DNA from: Flavobacteriaceae bacterium
GTDB taxonomy: Bacteria; Bacteroidota; Bacteroidia; Flavobacteriales; Flavobacteriaceae
Direction of reading: 5' to 3'
Length of the DNA: 32,000 bases
Assembly: GCA_965224465.1 (NCBI GenBank)
Contig: OZ245049.1
Location: forward strand, 1,290,001-1,322,000
This document shows, one piece after another, positions 10,302-19,769 of this stretch. How positions within the stretch are numbered: position 1 is the first letter of the stretch; the number at the start of each line of letters is the position of its first letter. The notes below the pieces were generated by a model. That model did not search any database. It was not told where the DNA came from and worked only from the letters and a program-made list of their open reading frames with translations. Both the position numbers and the translations under genes were made by a program.

Positions 10302-11978
10302 ATGAAAACAAAATATATAAAATACATCAGCTTATTAACCATTTTAGGTTTTTTAAGTATCAGTTGTTCTGATTTTTTAAACGAAGAACCACAATCCACA
10401 TGGGGAGTAGATGATTTCTACAATACCCAAACAGAAGCAGACATTGCTTTGGCAGGAATCTACTCCACGTTTGCCAGCGACCAAGTGTACGGACAAGGAC
10501 TCTCTATTATCATGGAATCTGGAACTGACGAAGGTTACTACAACCGTCGCTACAATGAAAACTGGACCGTGGGTTTATACAGGCACACCTCTTCTGATAA
10601 ATATGTAGCAAACCTGTGGTCAAAATTATACACAGGAATCAACCTAAGTAATATGTTTATTGAAAAGTTAAAGAAAGATGCTTTTGACCAAGAAACATAT
10701 AATCAATTAATTGGTGAAGCTCGATTTTTACGTGCACATGCGTATAGCTTACTTGTAGCTTGGTATGGAGATGTCCCAATGCCTTTGAATTCAACTTTAG
10801 ATCAGAATGCGAACCACTTGGCAGCAACCAATGATGAAGATGTTTATACACAAATAATTGCAGATTTCACCTTTGCTTCTGAACATTTATTAGCCTCAAA
10901 TGACCCAAAGTACATTCCTGGAAGAGCCAGTAAAATGGCAGCTCATGGATTGATGGCACGTGCTTATTTAAAAATGGCAGGTTTCCCAATAAAAGATACT
11001 GAAAAATATGCATTGGCTAAAAAGGAATGTGAAATTATTATTGCAGATGGACATCATAGTTTAAACACTTTTAATGGTGAAGGCTATAGAGCACATTTCC
11101 TAAACTACATACAAAACACCTATGACACTCAAGAATCGCTGTTCGAGATTTCATTCGCTTATTTAAGAGAAATGGGAATTAGTGCTGATGGTAGAATCGG
11201 AGGGATTAATGGCGTTGCCTTTAATTACGGAGGTGGAGTCGATGGATATCCTGGTGCCTACGCTTTAGAAAACGTATCACCATTGTTAAAAAACATATAC
11301 AGTACAGATGACCAACGAAAAGACTGGAATATAGCAGGCTTCCAATACACAAACAAAGGAGACATAAAAGCTGTAACAGATCCGTTATCTGGACAATATT
11401 GCCCTGGGAAATTTAGACGATGGGAACCAGCAAACTGGGACGATTTAACAACAACTCCTGCCGAAGGAGTTACAGAATCTTACACCTTATTAGAGGCGGT
11501 AACCTCTCCTAGTAAAAACTTTACTTCCATCAATTTTCCTGTATTGCGTTATTCAGATATATTGTTAATGTATGCTGAGGCTAGTAATGAAGTAGACGGT
11601 GGACCAAGTGCATTGGCGGTTTCCTACCTAAACATGGTAAGAAATAGAGCTGGCTTAGGAAATATAGAAGATGACAATGCCACAGCTATAGCAAACAAGA
11701 ATAATTTCTTTAACGAATTGGTAGATGAGCGCTTGAGAGAATTCTGTTTTGAAGGATTGCGCAAACAAGATTTAATTAGATGGGAATTATTAGGCACTAA
11801 ATTGCAACTTCAAAATCTAACAATCCAAGGAGAACCAACCTTCAAAAACACCAACGAAAATCACAAAGCATACTTAAGAGCTGGTAACTTTTATGATACA
11901 AGTAAACACAATTCCTTGCCGTACCCATTGCAAGAAATATCTTTAAATAAAAAATTAAACCAAAAGCCAGGTTGGTAA
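10302..11978 (+). CDS. SusD/RagB-family nutrient-binding outer-membrane lipoprotein
   Basis: ATG at 10302 gives MKTKYIKYISLLTILGFLSISCSDFLNEE (lipobox plus acidic residues). SusD-like motifs are present: LRAHAYSLLVAWYGDVPM, RYSDILLMYAEA, ERLREFCFEGLRKQDLIRW. The ORF-track start at 10272 is a TTG directly after the susC stop and is less likely. Confidence 0.93.
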   Translation: MKTKYIKYISLLTILGFLSISCSDFLNEEPQSTWGVDDFYNTQTEADIALAGIYSTFASDQVYGQGLSIIMESGTDEGYYNRRYNENWTVGLYRHTSSDKYVANLWSKLYTGINLSNMFIEKLKKDAFDQETYNQLIGEARFLRAHAYSLLVAWYGDVPMPLNSTLDQNANHLAATNDEDVYTQIIADFTFASEHLLASNDPKYIPGRASKMAAHGLMARAYLKMAGFPIKDTEKYALAKKECEIIIADGHHSLNTFNGEGYRAHFLNYIQNTYDTQESLFEISFAYLREMGISADGRIGGINGVAFNYGGGVDGYPGAYALENVSPLLKNIYSTDDQRKDWNIAGFQYTNKGDIKAVTDPLSGQYCPGKFRRWEPANWDDLTTTPAEGVTESYTLLEAVTSPSKNFTSINFPVLRYSDILLMYAEASNEVDGGPSALAVSYLNMVRNRAGLGNIEDDNATAIANKNNFFNELVDERLREFCFEGLRKQDLIRWELLGTKLQLQNLTIQGEPTFKNTNENHKAYLRAGNFYDTSKHNSLPYPLQEISLNKKLNQKPGW

Positions 11979-12016
11979 TCACATTTTGATTTTAACCTCA
12001 CTTTTCACCTTCATAG

Positions 12017-12048
12017 AATTTATCCCAATATAATTATTGGGATAAATT
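12017..12048 (+). promoter_or_regulatory. Perfect 14-bp stem / 4-nt loop hairpin between the susD-like gene and the enzyme genes (possible attenuator or RNA-stability element)
   Basis: AATTTATCCCAATA (12017-12030), loop TAAT, then TATTGGGATAAATT (12035-12048) with every position paired. No strong T-tract follows. It lies 39 nt after the susD stop in a 128-nt gap. Confidence 0.5.
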
Positions 12049-12106
12049 TAATGATTGATTTACCTCTTTTAATAGAGGGATAGAACTATTAAATGAAAAA
12101 AACTGT

Positions 12107-14752
12107 ATGCATCACTCCATAAAGCACCTTATTTCTTCAACGAGCATTCTGCTAGTAAGATCACACAAAGCACTCTTGATACTTAGCCTATTTATAAGTA
12201 TAACTTCCTGTGATAAAACCACGGATCCTAACTCCTTTAAAAGCAATTTTGAAGACCTTCCTACACGTACTTGGATCGGACCAGAATATTGGGCAAACCC
12301 ATTGCAAGATTGGCATATTGAAAACAACAGAATAGAATGCTTGGTTAGCAATGAAAACCGAAACATTCATCATCTAACACGTCAACTAGGCTCACAAAAG
12401 GGAACCTTAACCATGCAGGTTAGCTTAGGTCTTTTAAATACAAATTTCACGACCAATAGCAACCATTGGGTAGGATTTAGTATTGGTGCACGAGGCGAAT
12501 TTAACGACTTTAGAAACCACGCCGTATTTGGAAAAGGATTGAACATAGGGATCAGTACCAATGGCGCCTTATTTATCGGTCAACAAAATAAAAACAATAA
12601 AAATATAAAAATAATTAAGTCTTTAAAAGAAGGGGTAGATTTACACGTTAGCCTAACTCCTTTAGAAGGTAAATATAAAATAGACCTCTCTGTCTATGCA
12701 ACAAAAAACAAAGAATTATTAGCTAGTATTTCTAAAAGAGATATAGCTCCCGAAAATTTAATCGGAGATCTAGTATTGGTAAGTGATTTTAAAAACGGCA
12801 TCAACAAACGTGTACAAACAAAAAGTGTATGGTTTAAAGACTGGATGATTAAAGGAACTAAAATAGTTAAAAAAGACGCACAACATTTTGGTCCTATCTT
12901 ATTCTCACAATATACACTGAGCAGGAATACCGTAAAGTTGACAGCTCAAATGCCTCCGATAGACCATCCTACAAAAAAAGTAGCACTTCAACTTTTTAAA
13001 AATGATGTTTGGGAAACAATCGCAGAAATGCCTATTGATAAAAGTGCTAGAACAGCCACCTTTAAATTGAATAATTGGGATGATACTGTCGCTGTAAATT
13101 ACAGATTACTTTATAATTTAGACATTGCAAACAACAAAACAAAAGATTGTTATTGGGAAGGAACTATTCGTAAAAACCCGATTGACAAAAAAGAAATTTC
13201 TATTGCTGGATTTACAGGCAACAATGATCTAGGCTTTCCTAATACCGATATTTTCGAAGAAGTAAAATTACAAAATCCAGATATTTTATTCTTTTCTGGA
13301 GATCAAATATATGAAGAAGTAGGTGGGTATTACATACAATTAACTCCCTTAGAACCTTCAAAATTAGATTATTTACGCAAATGGTACATGTTTGGATGGG
13401 CTTATAGAGACATTTTAAAAGATAGGCCTACAGTCTGTTTAACAGACGACCATGATGTTTATATGGGAAATATTTGGGGAGAAAACGGCCGTAAAACACC
13501 CATTACTACAGGACATCGAAAACACATTCAGGATAGCGGAGGATACAGAATGCCTGCTGAATGGGTAAAAATGGTGGAGCGCACGCAAACCAGTCACCTA
13601 CCCGATCCTTATGACCCAACTCCTGTAAAACAAGGAATAGGTGTTTACTATACACAAATGAATTATGGGCACATCAGTTTTGCCATTTTAGAAGACAGAA
13701 AATTTAAATCAGCTCCAAAAGCCTTATTGCCAAATGCAGGAATTGTAAATGGATGGCCAGAGAATAAAGATTTTAACATGGAAAAAGATGGCGATATAAA
13801 AGGAGCACACTTATTAGGTCAACGCCAATTAGACTTTTTAGAAAGTTGGGCAGCAGACTGGAGCTATGGAGCAGAGATGAAAACCCTTTTATCCCAAACC
13901 ATTTTTGCCAATGTTGCTACATTACCTAAAGCCGCCCTATCGGATGTAGTAGTCCCTACCCTACGCATAATGCGCGAAGGAGATTACCCCGTAGATGATC
14001 AACCTGTAGGAGATTTAGACTCTAATGGATGGCCACAAACGGGTAGAAATAATGCTGTAAAAACAATCCGAAAAGGGTTTACTTTTCATTTAGCAGGAGA
14101 CCAACATTTAGGAAGTGTTATCCAATATGGTGTTGACAATTGGAACGATAGCGGCTATGCTTTTTGCGTCCCTTCTATCTCTAATTATTGGCCACGTAGA
14201 TGGTATCCGCAAGCAGGCGGAAAAAACAGGGACGCAAATGCCCCCAAATACACAGGTGATTTTAAAGATGGATTCGGAAATAAATTTACCGTAAAAGCCA
14301 TTTCTAATCCTTTATTTACAGGGAAAAAACCAGCTAAATTATACGACAGAGCAGCTGGATATGGAATTGTTACGTTTAATAAAACCACAAGAAACATCTC
14401 TTTAAACTGCTGGCCACGTGGAAGTAAATCATCCAAAGGAAACAGTGAGCAATATCCAGGCTGGCCCATTACGATAAATCAACTAGATAATTTCACAACT
14501 ACTTTTAACTACCAATTACCTGTGGTAAAAGTAACTGGAATGGAAAATGCGGTCCTTCAAATTATAAATGAACAAACACAGGAAATTGTGTACACAATTC
14601 GCATCAATGGAAGTACCTTTAAACCGATGGTTCCTAGTAAAAACAGCTACCAAATAAAAATTGGAAACCCAGACAGTAAAAAATTCATCATCAAAAAAAA
14701 TATACTGTCACGTTTGACTCCTCAAAGCGAATTAACCTTCGATTTTAACTAA
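12107..14752 (+). CDS. PhoD-like metallophosphoesterase-fold lipoprotein with an N-terminal jelly-roll-like domain
   Basis: 881 aa with lipobox SLFISITSC. Motifs occur in the order typical of alkaline phosphatase D / calcineurin-like phosphoesterases: FFSGDQIYEE, CLTDDHDVYMGNIWGE, ILEDRKFKS, LLGQRQLDFLESW, FHLAGDQHLGSV. The first ~230 aa (WHIENNRIECL...HWVGFSIG...) look like a lectin/LamG-type beta-sandwich. Confidence 0.65.
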   Translation: MHHSIKHLISSTSILLVRSHKALLILSLFISITSCDKTTDPNSFKSNFEDLPTRTWIGPEYWANPLQDWHIENNRIECLVSNENRNIHHLTRQLGSQKGTLTMQVSLGLLNTNFTTNSNHWVGFSIGARGEFNDFRNHAVFGKGLNIGISTNGALFIGQQNKNNKNIKIIKSLKEGVDLHVSLTPLEGKYKIDLSVYATKNKELLASISKRDIAPENLIGDLVLVSDFKNGINKRVQTKSVWFKDWMIKGTKIVKKDAQHFGPILFSQYTLSRNTVKLTAQMPPIDHPTKKVALQLFKNDVWETIAEMPIDKSARTATFKLNNWDDTVAVNYRLLYNLDIANNKTKDCYWEGTIRKNPIDKKEISIAGFTGNNDLGFPNTDIFEEVKLQNPDILFFSGDQIYEEVGGYYIQLTPLEPSKLDYLRKWYMFGWAYRDILKDRPTVCLTDDHDVYMGNIWGENGRKTPITTGHRKHIQDSGGYRMPAEWVKMVERTQTSHLPDPYDPTPVKQGIGVYYTQMNYGHISFAILEDRKFKSAPKALLPNAGIVNGWPENKDFNMEKDGDIKGAHLLGQRQLDFLESWAADWSYGAEMKTLLSQTIFANVATLPKAALSDVVVPTLRIMREGDYPVDDQPVGDLDSNGWPQTGRNNAVKTIRKGFTFHLAGDQHLGSVIQYGVDNWNDSGYAFCVPSISNYWPRRWYPQAGGKNRDANAPKYTGDFKDGFGNKFTVKAISNPLFTGKKPAKLYDRAAGYGIVTFNKTTRNISLNCWPRGSKSSKGNSEQYPGWPITINQLDNFTTTFNYQLPVVKVTGMENAVLQIINEQTQEIVYTIRINGSTFKPMVPSKNSYQIKIGNPDSKKFIIKKNILSRLTPQSELTFDFN

Positions 14753-14759
14753 TACATCT

Positions 14760-17700
14760 ATGAAAAATACGCCTAATTTTATCCGCCTTATCCTCCTCTG
14801 TACGTTCTTGTTTATCGGATGCGCCAATATTGCCCAACAGAGTACACCAGTTATAAAAGACTCTTTTGAAAACACAGCTAGCTTAAACAACTATGAAATA
14901 AAAGGAGAAAGTACATTGCGTATTAGTCAAAAACACCATCAATTTGGTACTTCGTCTCTACAGTGGAAATGGGATGGAAAAAGTAGTTTTGGAACCTCTA
15001 ATTTCACCCATCTTAAATCCAAAGACAGTCCTTTAAAATACGGGCAACACTTTGCCAATAGTCCGACCCTTATTTTATCTATTTACAATGAAATAGCACA
15101 GGATAATAGCATCAAAATTTCTTATGACGAAAAAAGTGTAGAACAGGTTTGGTTTGAATTAAAATTGAATTTTACAGGTTGGAGAACCATCTGGGTTCCT
15201 TTTTATGAAATGCAAGGAAATGCTCCAAAAAAAACAGCATCGGTTGCCTACGATTATTTTAGAGTAAGTACTGTAAATGGTACAAGTAAAGGAAAACTGT
15301 ATTTTGATGATATTATTTTTTCTCAATTTCAAGATGATAGACATGCATATCCAGATATGATGGTTCCTTTTATCAAAAGAGACATCCCTAAAGGAAAAGA
15401 TCATTGGATGCCATTACTTCGAGATTTAAAACGTGTACAACATATTAAAACAACAAAAATTACTCCGATTGAAAAAAGTGATTTAAGTACTATAGAGCAA
15501 AAATTAGATGCTCATTTTTTTGTGAAACCAAAGAAAAACATAGACCTATTAGCAAAAGCAACCCATGCCTACAACTCCTTGCACTTAGATGTTCAAGAAA
15601 CCGTATTAGGGCTTCCTTTGACCTTTAAACTTAATCAAGTTTATTTCCCTAAGAACGACCCCAATAGAAAAAATAATATTCCTATTCAACAATTAGGAGC
15701 CGTATTAAAAAACATAGCCACATGCTATCAACAAAACAATAGTACAATAGAAAAAAAAGCAATTGCCACTATGTTTGTAAATGCTTCCAAATACTATTTA
15801 GATCAAGGGTGGCAACAAGGGTCTTCTGGAGGAACAAGACATCATATTGGATACAATATGCGCAAATTAACAGATGCTTTTTACATGATGAAAACCCCCT
15901 TAAAAGAGGCTGGTTTACTCAACGAAGTAGGAAGCAGTTTGCAATGGATTTTTAACCTAGGAAAAATACTGGGAAACGAAAAAGAGTTCCATGCTAATAT
16001 TGACTATTTCAATACGCAATCCTACTATCATTTAATGCTTATTTTTATGAGTGACAATGGTGCTAAAAAATCGGCGTTATTAAAAGCTTACAGTAATTAC
16101 ATGTCCATTACCTTAGCACAAGATAATGGAATTGGAGTCTTTAAAGTAGACGGCACCTCTTGGCATCACGGAGGGCACTACCCAGCGTATGGATTGGGTG
16201 CTTTTAACAGCGTAACCCCAGTAATTTTTACTTTGGCTGGCACTGCATATAGTATTAGTGAAGCAGGGCATAAGAATTTTAAAAAGGCATTTTTAACCAC
16301 GCGTTTGTACAGCAACTTGTTAGATTATGGATTTGGACTTGCAGGAAGACACCCTTTAGAGGACAATAGCTTTAAATCACTAAAAGACAACTACCTAGAC
16401 ATGATTTTTTCTGGAACCCCAAGTGGTACAGAAAAAATAGACACCGAAGTTGCCGCTGCTTATTTGAGATTGTGGGGGGGAAAAGACAAAAAAAACAGCC
16501 GCTTATTTCATGAGAAATACAATATAGATCCAGAAATTCTAATAGGTTACGACGTGCTTCCTTATGCTGCAACAGCAATACACAGACGTAAAAACTGGGC
16601 CGCATTTATAAAAGGATACAGTAAATATGTATGGGCATCTGAGATTTATGTAGACGAAAACAGGTATGGACGATACCCTTCCAATGGGAGTATCCAAATA
16701 AACAATAACAAAGGAAGTATAAAAAGTGGATTTAAACAAGAGGGATGGGATTGGAATCGCTACCCAGGAACTACCGTAATAGATTTACCTTGGAGTGATC
16801 TAGAACCAAACACTCCTTTATTGATGTTTAGGTCTGAAGAAACTTTTGCAGGAGCAGCTCACCTAGATAACAATGGTGTATTTGGAATGATTTTGAATGA
16901 AAGTAAAGGCTCAAATGCAGATGGCCCAGAAAAAAACATAGGATTCCCGGGGAAGTTAAAAGCATATAAATCTGTGTTTTCTTTTGGAGATAAATTAATT
17001 TGCATCGGAACAGGAATTACGAGTATTGATATGGAGCATCCAGTTCAAACCAACTTATTTCAGAATTACATTCCTAAAACTACCATGCCAATTGCAAGTT
17101 CTAAAAAACAAAATATAACGGAATTCCCGTATCATAATAGTATTTCAGGATCAGGAACCTGGTTGATAGATGCCTATAATAATGGATACCATATTTTATC
17201 CGATAGTCATATTCACTTAAAACGTGCCTCTCAAGATTCTTATCATAATAAATACTCCTTAAAATCAGGTAAAATGAATAAGAAAGGGAGAGGAGCTAAA
17301 GCCACCAAAGGTAATTTCGCTTCGTCTTGGATAGATCATGGAAATGCGCCTAAAAACGCAAGCTATCAATATGTAATTTACCCTGGATTGAATACTCCAG
17401 CCAAGGAACATTTTTCCGAAATGGTTCTAAAAGACAGGTCTTTTAAAATTCTTCGTGCAGATAATACTGCACATATAGTTCTTGATAAAAGCACAAAGAC
17501 TACAGGCTATTGTATATTTAACGCAGAAAAAAACCTAGATGATTCCATTGTTAAGAATGTATCTGCACCATCTATTCTAATGATTAAAAAACACGGTAAA
17601 AACATAGAGATAAGCGCCGTACAACCAGACCTCAACTTTTTAAACGTCAAAGACAAAACATTAAGAGGATATAGCCAGCCCGTAACTTTAGATATTACTA

Positions 17701-17828
17701 TAAAAGGAATATGGAACCTTAAATCTCCCAATAAAAACAGCATCCTTAATCATACAAACAATGAAACAATCATCCATTTAATATGCCAACATGGATTTTC
17801 AAATAGTATTAATTTAATAAAACCATAA
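14760..17828 (+). CDS. Chondroitin sulfate ABC lyase-like polysaccharide lyase (PL8)
   Basis: 1022 aa, the same length class as Proteus vulgaris chondroitinase ABC I. Recalled family blocks are conserved along the whole protein: SLQWKWDGKSSF, KLNFTGWRTIWVPF, DYFNTQSYYHL, DGTSWHHGGHYPAYG (catalytic His/Tyr block), LAGRHPL (Arg), VWASEIYVDENRYGRY (Glu), EGWDWNRYPGTT, GNFASSWIDHGNAPKNASYQYV, AVQPDLN. Lipobox FLFIGC. Confidence 0.88.
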   Translation: MKNTPNFIRLILLCTFLFIGCANIAQQSTPVIKDSFENTASLNNYEIKGESTLRISQKHHQFGTSSLQWKWDGKSSFGTSNFTHLKSKDSPLKYGQHFANSPTLILSIYNEIAQDNSIKISYDEKSVEQVWFELKLNFTGWRTIWVPFYEMQGNAPKKTASVAYDYFRVSTVNGTSKGKLYFDDIIFSQFQDDRHAYPDMMVPFIKRDIPKGKDHWMPLLRDLKRVQHIKTTKITPIEKSDLSTIEQKLDAHFFVKPKKNIDLLAKATHAYNSLHLDVQETVLGLPLTFKLNQVYFPKNDPNRKNNIPIQQLGAVLKNIATCYQQNNSTIEKKAIATMFVNASKYYLDQGWQQGSSGGTRHHIGYNMRKLTDAFYMMKTPLKEAGLLNEVGSSLQWIFNLGKILGNEKEFHANIDYFNTQSYYHLMLIFMSDNGAKKSALLKAYSNYMSITLAQDNGIGVFKVDGTSWHHGGHYPAYGLGAFNSVTPVIFTLAGTAYSISEAGHKNFKKAFLTTRLYSNLLDYGFGLAGRHPLEDNSFKSLKDNYLDMIFSGTPSGTEKIDTEVAAAYLRLWGGKDKKNSRLFHEKYNIDPEILIGYDVLPYAATAIHRRKNWAAFIKGYSKYVWASEIYVDENRYGRYPSNGSIQINNNKGSIKSGFKQEGWDWNRYPGTTVIDLPWSDLEPNTPLLMFRSEETFAGAAHLDNNGVFGMILNESKGSNADGPEKNIGFPGKLKAYKSVFSFGDKLICIGTGITSIDMEHPVQTNLFQNYIPKTTMPIASSKKQNITEFPYHNSISGSGTWLIDAYNNGYHILSDSHIHLKRASQDSYHNKYSLKSGKMNKKGRGAKATKGNFASSWIDHGNAPKNASYQYVIYPGLNTPAKEHFSEMVLKDRSFKILRADNTAHIVLDKSTKTTGYCIFNAEKNLDDSIVKNVSAPSILMIKKHGKNIEISAVQPDLNFLNVKDKTLRGYSQPVTLDITIKGIWNLKSPNKNSILNHTNNETIIHLICQHGFSNSINLIKP

Positions 17829-17830
17829 TT

Positions 17831-19261
17831 ATGAATCGACTTTTTAAAAAAGTGAACTTGTACATTCTATTGGGCTTTCTTTTCCAATATCCTATTTCGG
17901 GGTTTGCACAAGAACAAGACAGACCAAACATTATTTTGATTATGACAGATCAGCACCAAGCTGACGCCTTGAGTATTACTGGAAATACAGATTTAAAAAC
18001 ACCTCATCTAGACGCATTGGCAACATCAGGAATGCGCTTTAAAAAATCTTATGTTACATTTCCTCTGTGTACTCCAGCAAGATCTAGTATTTTCACAGGT
18101 AAAATGCCTCATAATCTAGGCATCAAATCAAACGAAAAAGGAGCTAATTTAATATCTAATACAGACCGGCAACAAATCTTAGCAAAAAAACTAAAAGAAG
18201 CGGGTTACGATTGTGCCTACGGAGGAAAATGGCATGCACATCAAGCTAGTATGGTGGATGGAAATGGCTTTGAAATGATTGCACTTATGGGTGATATTGG
18301 CCTTGCAGAAAAAAGCATTGCTTATATGAAATCTAAAAAAGACTCTCCCAAACCTTTTTTCTTGACCATCTCTTACGACAACCCTCATAATATATGTGAA
18401 TGGGCACGTGATGAACGTTTACCTTACGGAGACATCCCATCAGTAAGCTTATCTGAAACTCCAGCGCTTCCAGTTAATCATCAGCAAACAACAACATTTC
18501 CAGAAGCCGTACGTTTTGAACAACTTGCGAGTAAAAAAATATATCCTACAGAGCATTATGACGATGAAGATTGGAGACACTACAGACACGCCTACTACAG
18601 ACTTGTAGAAAAAGTGGATGCCGAAATAGGTAAAATACTAACAGCTGTTGATGATTTAGATTTACGTAAAAACACATTAATTATCTTTACCAGCGATCAT
18701 GGAGACGGTAACGGGGCACATGGTTGGAATCAAAAAACGGTACTGATAGAAGAAAGCATTCGCGTCCCTTTTATTGTAAGTTTCCAAGGTAAAATCAAAA
18801 AAAACAGCATTAATAACTCACTTATTTCAAACGGATTGGATCTCTACCCTACCTTATTAGACTATGCTAAAATAAAAATAAACCCAGAATTAAAAGGACA
18901 AAGCCTCAAAACAATTTTTGAAAACAACAAGAAACTAGATAGAGACTATGTTGTTATAGAAACAAAATTTGATGGTAAATATGCCTTTGGAACCATGGGA
19001 CGCTCCATCGTTGGGAAACGTTATAAGTACAACGTGTATAACTGGGGAAAAAACCGTGAACAACTATTTGATTTGAAAAATGATCCCTTTGAAATGAATA
19101 ATTTAGCAAAAAACAAAAACTTCTTAAAAACCCTAGATCTGTTTAGAGATCGTTTACATAAATGGTGTATAAATACCGATGACAAAAAGTTTTTAAGAAA
19201 AATTGTATTGCCAAGTACCAGCACCCTAAAAAGTAGCACACTGTTTGACAAACCTTATTAA
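17831..19261 (+). CDS. S1-family (formylglycine-dependent, Cys-type) sulfatase
   Basis: 476 aa with a signal peptide. Motifs: PNIILIMTDQHQADAL, sulfatase signature PLCTPARSSIFTGKMPHN (C-x-P-x-R), FTSDHGDGNGAHG. The start is 2 nt after the PL8 stop. Confidence 0.92.
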   Translation: MNRLFKKVNLYILLGFLFQYPISGFAQEQDRPNIILIMTDQHQADALSITGNTDLKTPHLDALATSGMRFKKSYVTFPLCTPARSSIFTGKMPHNLGIKSNEKGANLISNTDRQQILAKKLKEAGYDCAYGGKWHAHQASMVDGNGFEMIALMGDIGLAEKSIAYMKSKKDSPKPFFLTISYDNPHNICEWARDERLPYGDIPSVSLSETPALPVNHQQTTTFPEAVRFEQLASKKIYPTEHYDDEDWRHYRHAYYRLVEKVDAEIGKILTAVDDLDLRKNTLIIFTSDHGDGNGAHGWNQKTVLIEESIRVPFIVSFQGKIKKNSINNSLISNGLDLYPTLLDYAKIKINPELKGQSLKTIFENNKKLDRDYVVIETKFDGKYAFGTMGRSIVGKRYKYNVYNWGKNREQLFDLKNDPFEMNNLAKNKNFLKTLDLFRDRLHKWCINTDDKKFLRKIVLPSTSTLKSSTLFDKPY

Positions 19262-19445
19262 TGTATTTATGGTTTAAAAACATTGCTTTAAATCGCATTA
19301 ATTTTTCTTTTTTTTAGCTTGTAAAACCACAGATAAATTCAAATCACCCCCCCATTCAAGGGAACCAAATTTGCTTTCGAAAGACTCTTTTCTATTTCGA
19401 TGTATAACCTTCGAGAATTAAACCCTCAATAAGGAATTAAAAAAC

Positions 19446-19479
19446 ACCCAATCACTGCATCAAAAGTGATTGGGTTTTT
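19446..19479 (+). terminator. Rho-independent terminator
   Basis: Perfect 11-bp stem ACCCAATCACT / AGTGATTGGGT with an 8-nt loop, followed by TTTTT and preceded by an A-run. It lies 185 nt after the sulfatase stop. Confidence 0.7.
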
Positions 19480-19769
19480 AATTGAAATTAACGGAGCAAA
19501 TAGAAGACATTCTTGTCAAAATCCTCCTCAAAGTCAAGCAGAAAAAAGTCAAGGGACTATTTACACTTATTTGCAACATTCAACTGAATCTAAAGGAAAT
19601 ATACTACAAACCTTAAAAAGACACAGCTATAAAAAGAACCCGTTACCCCCTATGACTGACCCCTAAAACTACCCCTAAATAATCATAAATAATGTAAATT
19701 GCCTCTTGTTAGAGAAGCATTACTTTTCTAATAAAACCAACACTATTAATAAACCAAGAACCACTAAAA

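Noticed and set aside
19258-19280. AATGTATTTATGGTTTAAAAA at the first sulfatase stop, resembling the 3' terminus of the MITE-like repeat (AATGTATTTGGTATAAAAA)
   Set aside because: Only ~9 contiguous identical bases and no adjoining repeat body, so it is consistent with chance in AT-rich DNA.
19400-19445. Short recurring motif TTGAGGAATTA / GAGAATTAAACCC in three long spacers (19400-19445, 28386-28400, 31741-31775)
   Set aside because: Only ~11-16 nt of imperfect similarity. Chance 11-mer repeats are expected in the hundreds for a window of this size.
19466-19666. 66-aa ORF in the mid-PUL spacer
   Set aside because: It starts with GTG inside the 3' arm of the terminator hairpin, has no signal or motif and an odd composition, and is most likely non-coding.
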